A DNA stretch of 64,000 bases, from the IMG/VR virus record IMGVR_UViG_3300027749_002876, positions 310,001-374,000 of that record; one strand, written 5' to 3'. The notes under the pieces are model-generated. The model was given only the letters and a program-made list of their open reading frames with translations. It did not search any database and was not told where the DNA came from. The position numbers and the translations under genes are program-made. This document shows, piece after piece, positions 1 through 13,400 of the stretch; within the stretch, counting starts at the first letter, position 1; the number at the start of each line of letters is the position of its first letter.

Positions 1-641
1 TTATCTGTTCTAATACCAATGTTACCGCCACCTGTAATAACTAAATTACCACCTGTAATCCACATACTTGTACCAGCAATCCCATTGGCAGTACCTGCAC
101 CATTTTGAGTTAGTACACCAGTTAACGTTACTGCGGTTGATTGTGAACCTGCATTAATACTTTGAGTAAACAATGATCCAATATTACCAGTACCAATGTT
201 GGCAGTTCCTGAACTGATATTAGCAGTAGAACTAACTGAAATATTAGTGAAAACACCGTTTGCACCAGTTACATTATTAACGGCAGTGATATTATTTGCT
301 GCCAAATTTCCAGTAACTTGAACTGAACCAAAAGTGGTAGTTGAATTTGCTGAACTTACTGCTAGTGAAACCCATGCATTTGCGTTTGATAATCCGTCTG
401 TTGGGCAAACATACAAAGTATTAGCATTTGTGTTATACCATAATTGACCAGTTAATGGATTTGCAGGTGGCGTAGAATTTGAGAAGTTTTCTAATTGATG
501 TACGAAATTTGTGTCTAATTGCTGACCATAACCAGCATAGTTTCTTCCTGGAAGACCAACTGATGTACTGGTCGTATTTATGGTTCCGTCAGCGATGGTT
601 GTCAGTATAGTTCCATCACTTTTTACAATTGTATATGCCAT
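1..641 (-). CDS. Virion structural/tail fibre-like protein, N-terminal part (runs off window start)
   Basis: Not in the ORF track. Manual translation from ATG at 641: MAYTIVKSDGTILTTIADGTINTTSTSVGLPGRNYAGYGQQLDTNFVHQLENFSNSTPPANPLTGQLWYNT..., open to base 1. GGAG RBS and GATAAATA late promoter (667-674) lie upstream; the C-terminal part is G/N/T-rich like a fibre shaft. Confidence 0.8.
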   Translation of the reverse strand, partial: MAYTIVKSDGTILTTIADGTINTTSTSVGLPGRNYAGYGQQLDTNFVHQLENFSNSTPPANPLTGQLWYNTNANTLYVCPTDGLSNANAWVSLAVSSANSTTTFGSVQVTGNLAANNITAVNNVTGANGVFTNISVSSTANISSGTANIGTGNIGSLFTQSINAGSQSTAVTLTGVLTQNGAGTANGIAGTSMWITGGNLVITGGGNIGIRTD

Positions 642-674
642 CTTGAATTACTCCGGGGTTCTATTTTATTTATC

Positions 675-1295
675 TTAAATTGTCACTAAGTTTGTTAGTG
701 CTTGTATTCTAACTGTATAATCTATTTGAATCTGTCTATTTAAACTCTTTTGGACTGGGTGAAAAATAACATGTGTTAACAATCTTGTTACCACATTGCC
801 GTTAGTATCAGTTCCGTAATTTGCCAATAAACCTAATTCGTCAAAAATATAGCTAGAATCAGTTTGTGTGCTATTATCAAATGCTGCCTGACCTGACGGC
901 TCGCCGTAGTCTAGTAAACATTGTACTAAAATGTCTGTATACACACGGCCTGTCGTGTGCGATACAGTCATTTTATTTCTTGTAGGGTCTAGATTAAAAA
1001 CACTGGTATCATCTACGATTTTAGCGTAGGTTTGATTGTATAGTGCCGCATTCTGCCCTGTTGTATTTGGGGGTAGATAAGTGATAACTCCGGTTTCGTC
1101 AACTGACGCACCACCGTTACCAAATGCCATTTGATAGATTTCTCCGTAACCACGACTGCTTAATGTGTCAGCAATCGCTTCTGACATATTTTCGTAGTTA
1201 ATAGCATTATGCTTATCAACAAAAACTTCGCCGTTGTTAGGGTCATATACCTTTAAAAAACCCTCTACTTTATATGATAGTGTTATTACTGACAT
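675..1295 (-). CDS. Baseplate/tail-fibre attachment protein (tail-collar/gp8-position-like), 206 aa
   Basis: Position after the giant baseplate gene. The motifs MAFGNGG and FDELGL...LLTHVIFHPVQKS resemble tail-collar fibre/baseplate attachment domains (inference). Confidence 0.55.
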   Translation of the reverse strand: MSVITLSYKVEGFLKVYDPNNGEVFVDKHNAINYENMSEAIADTLSSRGYGEIYQMAFGNGGASVDETGVITYLPPNTTGQNAALYNQTYAKIVDDTSVFNLDPTRNKMTVSHTTGRVYTDILVQCLLDYGEPSGQAAFDNSTQTDSSYIFDELGLLANYGTDTNGNVVTRLLTHVIFHPVQKSLNRQIQIDYTVRIQALTNLVTI

Positions 1296-1450
1296 TAGTT
1301 ATCACCCCGTGTTTGAACCAATACTTCTTCAGTATTTGGATCTGTAATTTTTAGAAAAGATGAGAAATAAAACCCTCCGGACTCATTAGGTTTAACTTCT
1401 GCTCTAACCTCAGTTTGAGCATTTTCTGTATTTTCTTGTTTATTATTCAT
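1295..1450 (-). CDS. Small hypothetical protein, 51 aa (MNNKQENTENAQTEVRAEVKPNESGGFYFSSFLKITDPNTEEVLVQTRGDN)
   Basis: Not in the ORF track. Fills the gap exactly; its TAA overlaps the next ATG (TAATG at 1293-1297); a late promoter motif lies 5 nt upstream. Confidence 0.75.
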   Translation of the reverse strand: MNNKQENTENAQTEVRAEVKPNESGGFYFSSFLKITDPNTEEVLVQTRGDN

Positions 1451-1465
1451 TTACTTATTTATCTT

Positions 1466-4400
1466 TCAGGGAACATCGGCATTTAAGAAATTAGCAGGAT
1501 ATGTTGTGCTAATCTGTAAAGGATCACCGTCTACTAGGTTATAGTTGAACGAATTCCAACTAAATCCGTTATAAACATCAGGTAACACATTTGACGATAA
1601 TATCCCGTAAACTGTCGTAAATTTAGGAATATATGTTAGTTTTCCGGTACCATTTGCACCACGTTGCAATCCAGATAAAGTATTCTCATCAAAATTGACA
1701 GTGGTGTAACGTATTTGCTCACCGTTAATATAAATTAAATTACCCAATATTACTGTTACAGTTAAATTATTCCCTACAATAATTGAAGGACTAGTTGGAT
1801 CTATATCTATTACTAATACTGGAGCTGTATTCTCTATTACAATACGATATTCTGCAGGATCAACTAACAAACTTGAGGTATTATTATATACAATAACTTC
1901 TGAAATTGTATTCTTATCACCATTGAGTCCTATACTCATTGTATCATCAACTACTACAGGAGCAGTTTCATTTTGTACAATAGACGCTGTAACTCTGGAT
2001 ACATCTTCTAAATAAATCACATCATCTATATCTTGCAATCCATATGTTAGCCAAGTTCTAGTTAATGAATTAGAACGGAATATTGATTGTTCATTAGACC
2101 TGTTAACATTTTCAATATACACAGTTTCATTAGGTGTAGCAGTTGGTATCATATTTGTAATGGTTACTATATCGCCCGGTTGTATAACAGTTAATATACT
2201 TAAGTTATTTTGTGGGTTTAGATATAAAGCACTTGATGGGACACGTTTTCCATTTACAGTTACCCATAATCTATCAACATTAGTTTGTTCCCACAGTGAT
2301 ACATTCATTGAACCTGTACCAGTTGTTAGTGGGTAAACTGCACCATTACGTACCGCAGTTACATTAAATTCATATACACCGATTAAATCATTTACATAAT
2401 ATATAGCTGTAGCAATACCATTACCAAATCCCACACCTGTTGCAACAAATGTAGTTCCTGGATCGTTACTTAATGAACCAATACTAGTCCAAAATGTAGT
2501 GCCAGTTTCAATAATTTGATAAGTGTTTCCTACAATAAAGCTTCCGGCTGTTACTTGAGATTGAATTCCACCAAACACTGTTCCGGTAAACAATACCGGT
2601 GTACCGAGTATTAACTGCCTGTTGCTTGATACTGTTATAGCATTATTCAATGTAGTTGTAGCGGACGCATTAGTTGTTTCTAATGTGAATATTCTATCAA
2701 ACCAAACATATCCATTTCCTAAATAAGTAGATACTTGTGTTACTGGGTCATTAACATAATACAATGTAGGATTGTATGGAGTAAAGTATAGCCCAATTTG
2801 TGTAGGATTAATTACTTTTGCATAATATGTATTGTTGTTTAATTCAATTGATCCTAATACACCATTGATTCTTACAATATCATTTTCAACCAAGTTGTGT
2901 GGTACACCAGTTGTTATTGTGACTGAATTATTTCCACCAACAGACGCAACCATCAAACCAGTATCTGTTGTCAATTCAAGTGTAGGTCCTGCTACCCCTG
3001 CTACTAATGTTTCAGAAATAGTAAATGAGGTTAAATCTGCAACAGATTTAACATAGTATACTGTTCCGTCTGCATTAATATTACCAAATCCAATTGGAGT
3101 AATATTTCTAAATATAACTGGTTGATTTAGTATGAATCCAGCTGTAGTGCCACATGTAATAATATTAGTTGTATCTGTAGTATTGGTCACCGTAGTAACT
3201 GCTAATGGTTGATTAATTGAATTGTTGATAGCAGTTATATTAGCAACTGTAGGTGGATTAGTAATACCGGTCATTGATCCAGACTCTGTAATCAATGTTA
3301 CGGGTATCCCACCTACATTTTCAGAAACTGCAAACGTAGTAGAATTAAAAATCTCTACAATATAATAAATTTGATTAGCAATAATACCACCTATAGTAGG
3401 ATCATTGAATTTAATAGCGTCATTAACATTTATTGATGTAGTTGATCCTGAACCTAATGTCAAATAGTCTGGGCCGGGCGAATAGTAACCTATATCATAA
3501 TTTAAATCATCAAATCCCGGCTCATGTGTAGCATTGCTAATTGTTAGTACAGTAGTAACTGATCCGGTGAAGCTTCCAGCGTATATAGTATTTAAATATT
3601 GTCTATCAGTCAAATTATATGAAGTAACTGAAAGAATACTTCCTACAGTAGTAATAATTGTTAAACTAAGTGTATTAGTTGATGAATTAATTGTATAATC
3701 TTTATTATTTGTTAATCTCAATCCATTGTATTCAACAATTGCATTATCTGCATTATCCTGCCCCACAAAATTTGTTAATGCAAATTCTGTACTGGCGCTT
3801 GTTAATGTAAATATTTGTACTTCTGGTACAGTGTATCCATACTGTATAGGAGCTGTTTCCCCAAATATAGAAAGTACAACAAAGTCATCATTTTGATTAT
3901 ATTGACTAGAGAATACCAACTTTGCAGTAATACCTTGGTCAACAATTGTAATTGCATAATCATTTGTCACACATAAAGCAATGCCGGATGCGTTATTCAA
4001 TATAACGTCTGTGCCGGCTAAAGAGGACGATACTGTAAATTCATCTGTAAATTCATTATTAATAATAGAAGTAATGTAATATGATTGTAATGGAATGATA
4101 CCTGCCAACACTGTTCCAGTACCAGTACCGGTACCAGTAGCTGTAAATATAACTCCCACAGTATTAGATAATGCACCAATTGCCATGAAGTTAGTTGTCC
4201 CTACAGTTGCTATTTTATATAATTGACCTAGTACAAATGAACCAGCTGTTAGTGTGAAGTTGTTAAATGACATTGCATTACTGAATGTAATTGTATCATT
4301 TACTGCATAATTATCGGTCGAGTTAACAACAATGGTATTAGTTCCGCTATTAGTTTCAGATATTATACCTTGTTCACCTAATACAAGATTTGTACCATTG

Positions 4401-7400
4401 TGTATTACGATAGGATCTGTCCAAACTAATCCGTTTGTTGATTGAATATTAACTAACATTGAACCAGTAGCTGATGTAACATCAAATGCAGGACCTGCTA
4501 TTCCACCTGGATTACTAGTAGATACAGTTATCTTGTTAGTAATATAGCTTATTGTTTTCACATAATATAGTGTATCTGTGGTTATGCCACCAAACACATC
4601 ACCTTGGAATATGATTGATGAATTGACTACAAAGTAATCAACTGTTTCGCACACAATACCATTGTCTAATGCATCTGTTTCAATTGCAATAACTTGTTTA
4701 GGATCAGTAGTTGGTCGTATTACACCGGAACCATTAAATCTACTAGCAGAATAATTACAATTCAATGGCATTTCAACAAAACCAGTAATCATATTATCTA
4801 TAAAAGGTATAGCTTGTGAGTTTGATTTTACTAGTTGGTCTCCGTTTCCTACTTCATATAAATCTATTCTTAAACCATATGTTGAAGTTACGGGGTCACC
4901 TAAGGTAATTATTTTGTTAACCCAATCTACAGTAAAATCATATATTCTAACACTTAGATTAGTAGAGTAATCAATATCAAACAATGCCATACTAGCAGGA
5001 TTTTCTACGATCCCATTGAATGAAAATTCAGTTTGATTTGTACTTGGAATTATTTCTGTAGAAACAACATTAAATCCAACATGACCGTATATAGATGCAT
5101 TCCAATCAGTTCCCGGTCTAGTAGTAACAATCATTGTTAAATTATCAGATATTAGTCCTGGTACTAATTCTTCAGGGCCATATCCTGATAAGAAAGGATC
5201 ACCTTGTACATCATATGCAGTATCTCCAACTGACTCAAAAGCTTTATCTTCTAAGTTAGTATCTATCGTATATTGGTCTTCGGGTGCAAAAGCATTACCC
5301 AAATATGTTCCATTAGGATAAGTAATACCAGTAACTAGTTGAGTTAAATCTAAACCAGGCATGTTAACTGTAGGTTGATAGTATCCAATGATACGATCCA
5401 ACTCATTAAGTTGTCTATCACCACTATCCATTAGTTCCCATTTACCCAATATAAATTCGTTATCATTGTTACTAATGATACATTGCCATACTTTGTTATT
5501 GTATTTTACAATACTTTGATTGAAGTAGAATGGCTCAGGCAAGAATACATAATCACCTAATTGGTATTCTGTTTCTAATGTTATGCCATTTACCGGAACA
5601 GTCATTAATGAATCAGTGTATACTTCACATTCTGTTGCAGTAATAACTTTTAAATAATATTGATTTACTATACCTGCAGGAGTACCCGAACCAATTACAC
5701 TTGTAATGTTTCCATCTGATTCTATTGGCAATAAGAAATTATTATCAGGCGAATAAATGAAATTAGGATTAGCAATAATTACATCAATACCGGAAACTGT
5801 CAACACTAAATCATTTAATGGACTCGTTCCGCCTAAATCAGTACCAGAAATAGTAATAGTATTATCAAATGTATAACCTGAACCCTGATTTACTACCTCT
5901 ATAATGTATCCACCTAGTTTGTTACCAATGTTGAATGTTGGTGGCGAACTTGTATCCGGAGATTGTGTAAATACTGTTTCTTTAATTTGATTAACTGTTA
6001 TTGGTTCAACACTACCGCCTGAACTTGTACTCAGTGTGATATAAGGATTGTCTGCGGTTAGTGTCATTTGACCATTATCAGTTGTTAGTACAAGGTCACC
6101 TCCACCTATTGCATCAGTAATAGTAAATGAGTCACCACCTAAATCATAACTATTAATAAAATATGTTACTAATTCAACTACATTACCAAAAACTGCGCCA
6201 GAGAACGATATTGGCATACCAATATAGAATCCAGTTGTTAGTGTTCCTGAGGCTAATGTGTATTTGTTAGTAGATGAAGATGAGCTTGCAACTTCAACTG
6301 ATATTGTTCCGTTAGATACTACATAGTATTCGGTACCAGCAGTCAATCCACCAATATTTTCAGACAATACAAACGGTAAGTTGTTATATATATTTGTTAG
6401 GCCACCACTTAGATATCTCAAATATAAATAATTACCATTACTTGTAGCGGCTACGGTATCTCTTGTTACTAGATTACCATTTGTACCAGTTACTTCAATA
6501 TATGGTGTGTTATCTAACGTTAATGTTGGGTAGAATGTAAACAATTGACCAGTAACTTGCCCTGGACTTACTGGTAACCCAACATTCATAGTCATCGAAC
6601 CTGTTGCAGTTGTTAATTGAACCGCAGTTGTTTGACTTGTCAATGTACAAGAACCTGAAGCAGTTGTCAACGGTACTGCGCCACCATTAATTACACTAGC
6701 AATGGTAATTGTTGTGCCAGAATCAACACTTCTAATATAGTACACTTGTCCTGCATTAATCCCACCAAAAGTAGTACCAATGAATATAATTGGATCATTT
6801 ACATTTAATTCCAATGTTGAAGATACTGTAATTAAATTACCAGTAGCAGTAGTAGCAGTAACAGATAGTATTAACGGATCAGCTTCAGTTGATATAGTGA
6901 ATGTTTCAATATCAACAATAGTTATGATATAATATGTTTCATTATCAATGATTCCACCAAACACACTGCCAACAAAGTATACTGGTAATCCAACATAGAA
7001 CCCTGAAGTGCCTCCGGTACCAGTTGGTAATAACGGTGATGTTATAAAGTTAGATGTAGTTGCCGTTGCAGTTACATTTAATATACCAGGATAAGCAATA
7101 GTAACAATAGCAGTATTAGTTACTGCACCTGCATAACATGATAATCCGGCTACACTAATTGTTTCCGAATTCAATGTAAATGTACTACCACCCACTGTAG
7201 CAGAAATAGTAAATTCAGATTCACCAATGATAGAAGCTACATAATAAGTTGTATTATTTACTAGATTGGTAGTACCTACCGCCCCGACAAACTTAATTGG
7301 CATTCCAATATAGAAACCAATAGTTGATCCAGATGCATTTGGTTCTTCACTACTATATGATAATGTAATAATATTAGATGCAACTGTTTCACTTACTGTA

Positions 7401-10400
7401 CGAACAAGTGAAGACCATTGTAATACTTGATTATTAGAAACATCTTGTATTTCAAATGTTGCACCTTGTGCGCTAGCTAATATATCAGTAATCGGTGGTT
7501 GTGTGGCTTCTAGGGTAATATTAGAACTAGCAATTTGTGTACTATTATTAAATACTCCGGCGTAGAAACTTCCATAGAAGTTATCAGGTGCCCAGTTAGT
7601 AACTCTTGACGTATAAGTTGTTCTATCAAATCTTAATTTAATATTATTTTCTCTAATAGGGGCAGAAGTAGATACACAGCTTGCTCTTGCACTAACTGCA
7701 ATATTGTTATTATTACCAGATCCAACATTTGTAAATATTATTCGGTCACGGTCTTGTAACGCATCAGCATATGTTGTGTATAACGCAACTACATAGAATG
7801 GACTAGATTCTAATACTGCCAAATAATAATATTGACCATCATCTAATCCACCAATTGGAGTTGTATCTGTTCCTACATAATATTTTATTAAATCACCTGT
7901 TTGCACAAATTGTGTTTGTAAAGTAATTGTTCTACTAGTCAAATCTACAACCGTACTAGAGAATGTGATAATTTCACTTGGGTCAATTATTATCTCAGGC
8001 AATACTTGATATCCATCACCCGGATCAATTACATCAATTCTAAGAATTGTATCTAAATTCATTACGGGCTGTAATATGGCTGCACGTCTTGGAGCCGGAT
8101 ATATAGCGGTATCAATATATGCGATAACCTTAGGAGGTTCAGCATAACCTCTACCACTATTCAATAATAAGATAGGAGGCAAATCAATTATAATTTGTTC
8201 ACCTGGAATATGATTTGTTATAGGTGTATCATTAACACCACGTGTTAATCCACTCAAAGTGCTATAAGCTCTGTCAACACTGCTGTATGCAATTTCTTCA
8301 GTACCAATTAATACAACACCGGTTGTTGGGAAACCATATACATTGTCTACTACCATTGCACTGCTATTCAATGATACAAAAGAAGATAGAATAGTTATTG
8401 GATAATTAGGTACTCCGGTTATACTTAAACCTTGATTGTTGAACCAATTAATATATGATTTACTTTGCCATATAGGATCTGTAGGTAAATATTGATTGAT
8501 ACCACTTGGATTAGAATAAACTAACTCAGGTGTAATATACTGTTCATATTGAGTACTGTATTCTGCTGGCAAATCAAAATCAGTTATATTTCCTAAATAA
8601 TTGTCTGATCCTGTATACTTAAATAAGAAATCTTTAATAACAACATGATAAGGCTTAACCTCATTTAAATATCCAGATAAAAATTCTTGATTATCACTTT
8701 GAAATACTTCAAGTGGTAATAATTCACGAATGGTATGCCCTACATCAATAAATGATGTTTTATTCAACCATGGTAAATAATTTTGACTTTCAATTGTTTC
8801 ACTGACAATATATTCAAATAATAAAATCAATGCATCATTTCTATATTGTAACAAACTACTAGGTAATTCTTCATTCAATGCACGAATAATATAACGTGTT
8901 TCTTCACTAGGGAATGTATCATATGGTGTAGTATCAAAAAAGTTGTCACCAAATCCTAAACGAGCATCAGCATAATCCCACAATGAACTATTAAATTCTA
9001 TTGTGCCATTTTGTAAACCAATACGATTCCAATTTACACCATCATATACATAAGTTTCTTGTAACCCTTCACCATTTTTATTAACTGTGACAATTAATCC
9101 TAGTTGGGCATTGATTGTTGCTAAGTCATAATATGATTCTACAAGCAATGAGGCCCTAGTGTTATTATCATATCCCGGTGCCCACCAATTAATTACTTCC
9201 CAATAATCTTGTGTATTATAAAACAATAACGGAGTTCCTGGCCAATTGGGGTTATCTACAGTAGATGGGTTTATTTCCCCTTTAGTAAACAAGAATTTTA
9301 AACTACTAGTTTCTGTTAATGGATACTGTAACAATACTTCATTATAAAATTTTAAATAATTTTCTAATGCCTTAAATCTATTATAAAAGAAACTTTGACG
9401 TGGACGGGTTAATATACCACTCTGCACCGGTTTTGGTAAGTTAGGATCGGGAACAACTCCGCCGGTTCGATCCACACCACTAAAACTCTCTAACATTTTA
9501 TTATACAATGATTCCGGTACTATGGTAGTACCTGTCCCAGGTAAACCGGGCAAGAAATCATCTGCGTATTTTGAACGAATTAAACTGTACACACTATGTG
9601 ATACATCATCATTTGTACCAGTTGCAAATCCAATATGTAACACTGTATCACTTGCATTAATATTAGATGCACAATTGTACAAACCAAATACATTTGGTTG
9701 TATTGGTGCCATATATGATATACCAGTTGCTAATGGGGTAGAAATATATGACTCACATATAGTATCTGATAGTGTTTTACCTATCTGATTGAATACAATA
9801 TTTGTATTTCTTACCCAATAATAATATACAGGTACAATTGAACCAGTACTATTTAATCTATATTGAACTACATAATTCTCAAAGTTATTTGGTGTTCCAG
9901 GTCCCGGATAAGCAATAGGTTCAACATCACTTGTGATCCAACTACAAACTTTCACATCACTTCCTGGGAACACTCGGCCCCACCACACACTATTATAAAC
10001 CACATCATTACTTTGATGATAGTTTACAAATTTTGTCGTAGATGTGTCAAACCATAACTTTCCTAATTCTCCCGGCCCCCATACAGCAGAGCCTTTATTT
10101 GTTGCGTCAGGACTATTATAATTTGCAGGGTCAGCATTAGATACTATATCTAAATTCTGTCGCACTGCACCTAATATTTTTCCTTGCAAGGGATCAATAT
10201 AATCTAAATTGTCTAATGTATTATTTGTTGTTACACTGTATAATTGAGCATTTTGTATTGCATCCGTATTAACAATAGGGGCAGAATTACGATACACAGA
10301 CCAATCTGGATCGCCGGATGTATTATTGTATATCACAACTTGTCCATTGTCATATCCTGGTCTAAAATTAGGAGTACCAATCATTACATAATTGTTGGTA

Positions 10401-13400
10401 AATTCTAATGCAGTTCCATAATATGGTTGGCTACCGTAGTCAACATTTAATGCATTAACACTTTGTGCATATACGTAAGCGCCAGGATTATTTACAGTTT
10501 CATTGTATACTGACAAATAATCATACATATAGACTGCACCTGCATTAATAAAACTATCTAAAAACTGTGTTGTATTGTTATCAAACAGTGTATCATTGTT
10601 ATAATTTTCATCATCACTTGCATCAAATGTAGTTTCTGCGTATCTAGCAGAAACAGGTGCACTTACCACAAATGAACCTGCTGAATTGAATTTAATTGTA
10701 TGACCAAATTCTGTTCTACCCTGGCTGTGCGGATCATTAATCAATTGCGTTTGTGTATATATTTTTATACCTAATTGGTCTAATACATCTGCATTTAATA
10801 CTGATAATGTTAACTTAGCATTGATATATGCCAAATCTATACTAATAACTTGTATGGTTAAAATATTATCGATTGATGCTGAAGCAGTAACATTTGTAAT
10901 ATTTGCCGCGGCAATTGTATTGGCTACAGTTGTTGCGTTGCCTACAGGTAATGACACTGAATAACCATTAAGTAAAATAGTTGCCGGTTCAGTTAGATTA
11001 CATTCAGCATAACCAGTTATTATACCGTAACTACCGCCACCATATGTATAACGATATACTGCACCTTCTTGATTTTTATTGTTTATTTCAAAAGGAGCAC
11101 CTATTAGTATTTCATTTGCATAAGTATCTACGGCTAAACTGTAACCAAAGTTTGTTCCAACTTCTGGATTAGAATCCATTGAAGTAAATTCTTGCGTTAA
11201 TATAAATTCTGATCCACTAACATTTATAATATCACCTGCTGTTAATGAGCTATAGATGCTTATACTTGATGTAGATACAGCGTATTCATTATCATCAATT
11301 AATGTACCATTAACACTAACAAAGATAGGTTCATCCTGTGCAACCATTGTCATATTACCGGATGAGTTATTCAAAGTTACGGTTGAGCCATTTCTAGTCA
11401 ATGATAGTGTTACAGTAGAACCAATAATTGTTTTGATATAATAAACTTGATTTAATGCTACATTACCATATACATTCCCTGTAAATATTACAGGTGTTCC
11501 GTTTACACCTGCAATTAAACCAGTAACATTATTTAATGTGATAGCATTACTTAATATACTTGATGCAGTTTTTAACAGAATAGTTGGTTGATATATCAAA
11601 GTAAATATTTGTGGAGTATCAGGGAAGCTATTATAAGGAGCTTCAAATGTTTGCACTAATCTTTCAAAAGAATATGCATAACCCAAATCATCAACACCGC
11701 TATCTTGGTAAGGTGCACTTATAATAATATTATTTCCATAATAATTAGTAGAAATAGAATATCCAAAATTATCACCACCATTTGATACGGTGCCAGTACC
11801 TGATTGTGTTGAAGCATTACAAGTAAATTTTATTCCTACTGTATTAGATGATGCTCCTAATGCCACAAAGTCAGTAGTGCCTAAAGATTCTATAACGTAT
11901 ATTCCACCTACATTTAAATTACCAACACCAATGATGTCCGGAGTATTAATGATATTTGAATATTCATATTGGCCGGTAAGTTGAGATTTACGATAAACAT
12001 AAACTAAATTTTGGTCAGATGCAGAAATATACAACCAATTTTGATCTCCGGACAATGCGACAGATGAGCCCCAGTTAACTACAGAATTATTGCTAGGTGA
12101 TTCGATCACTTGATATTCTTGTAATTCATTTATTAACTTATTAATAACTAAATCATAGATATATACTTTTCTGTCAGAATAAGATGCACCGGTTGGTTGT
12201 GATATTACAAATAAATTATCTGTATAAGAAATAGTAGAACCAAAAGAATTACCATTAGTTATTGTTTGTACAATACTAAATGAATTAAACACAGGACTAT
12301 ATGAATAACGATATGCGGCTCCAACTTCAGCATCAGTAACTAAGTATCCTAAATTAGGAGTAATTGCAACTGCACTACCATATGTTATTGATTCAGTTTT
12401 AAATAACTCATCCTCATAAACATAGTTTAAACTCTTGCGATATACAGCCCAAGAGCCGTCATTGTTTTCATCTACCCATACTTTATTTTTTACAAATTCA
12501 CTGTCAAGTAATGGCAATGTATTAATATCTTTAGGTGTCGCAACACGTTGTGATGAGAATTTAAAAGCTACACCTTGACCAAGAATTGTAGTTACAGACG
12601 GTGATAAACTTAATAATATTGTTACTCTAAAATTATCAACAACACTTGAAACAATTCTGTAACCATTAACACTATCATTAAAATTAATAATAGCAAATGG
12701 TTGATACTTAGTTAAATCATGAGGTGTAGCAAATTGCACAGTTACTGTACCATTCATATTATTAACAGCACCTATTACTTGACCAGCACTAGATGGAGTA
12801 TATACTTGCCATGTACTAAGGTAATCTGCTAACCATACATATTCATTTACGTATAATTTAGAAAGTGGTGTAACCGCAGTATTCAACCCATTATAATAAT
12901 ATGCTGAAATTTTTACATCATTAAAATTAACGTATCCAGCATCCGGGAACACTGTGTTTGGAGTATCAGATGGTAATGTAGGCAATACATTAGGGTTATT
13001 GATAGGTCTACCATAATTGAATATTGAATATAGAGGAACTTCTTGCTGTACTCCATCAGTATATACACCGTTAGTTAAGCCAACAATACTAGGATTACTT
13101 GTTAGTAAATTTTGATTCAAACGGAAATCTACAAAGTTATTGTTTAGTACACCACCAAACTCTCCAGTCTTAATGGCCCAGTTATCATAGATATCATAAT
13201 CAATTCCACCTTGTGGTAATGCTAATCCTTTAAAATTATTTGCCGCAACTCTTGTGCCTTTTTCTTTAATAAGATTCTTATAAACATTGACTTGTGTTAT
13301 ATCTGTTAGGTCAGCAAGTGCAAGATAATCACGTGGTCTATATCCAATCAATGACCAACTTAACAAATCACTATCTTGGTCTAAATTACCTTTATTTGTA

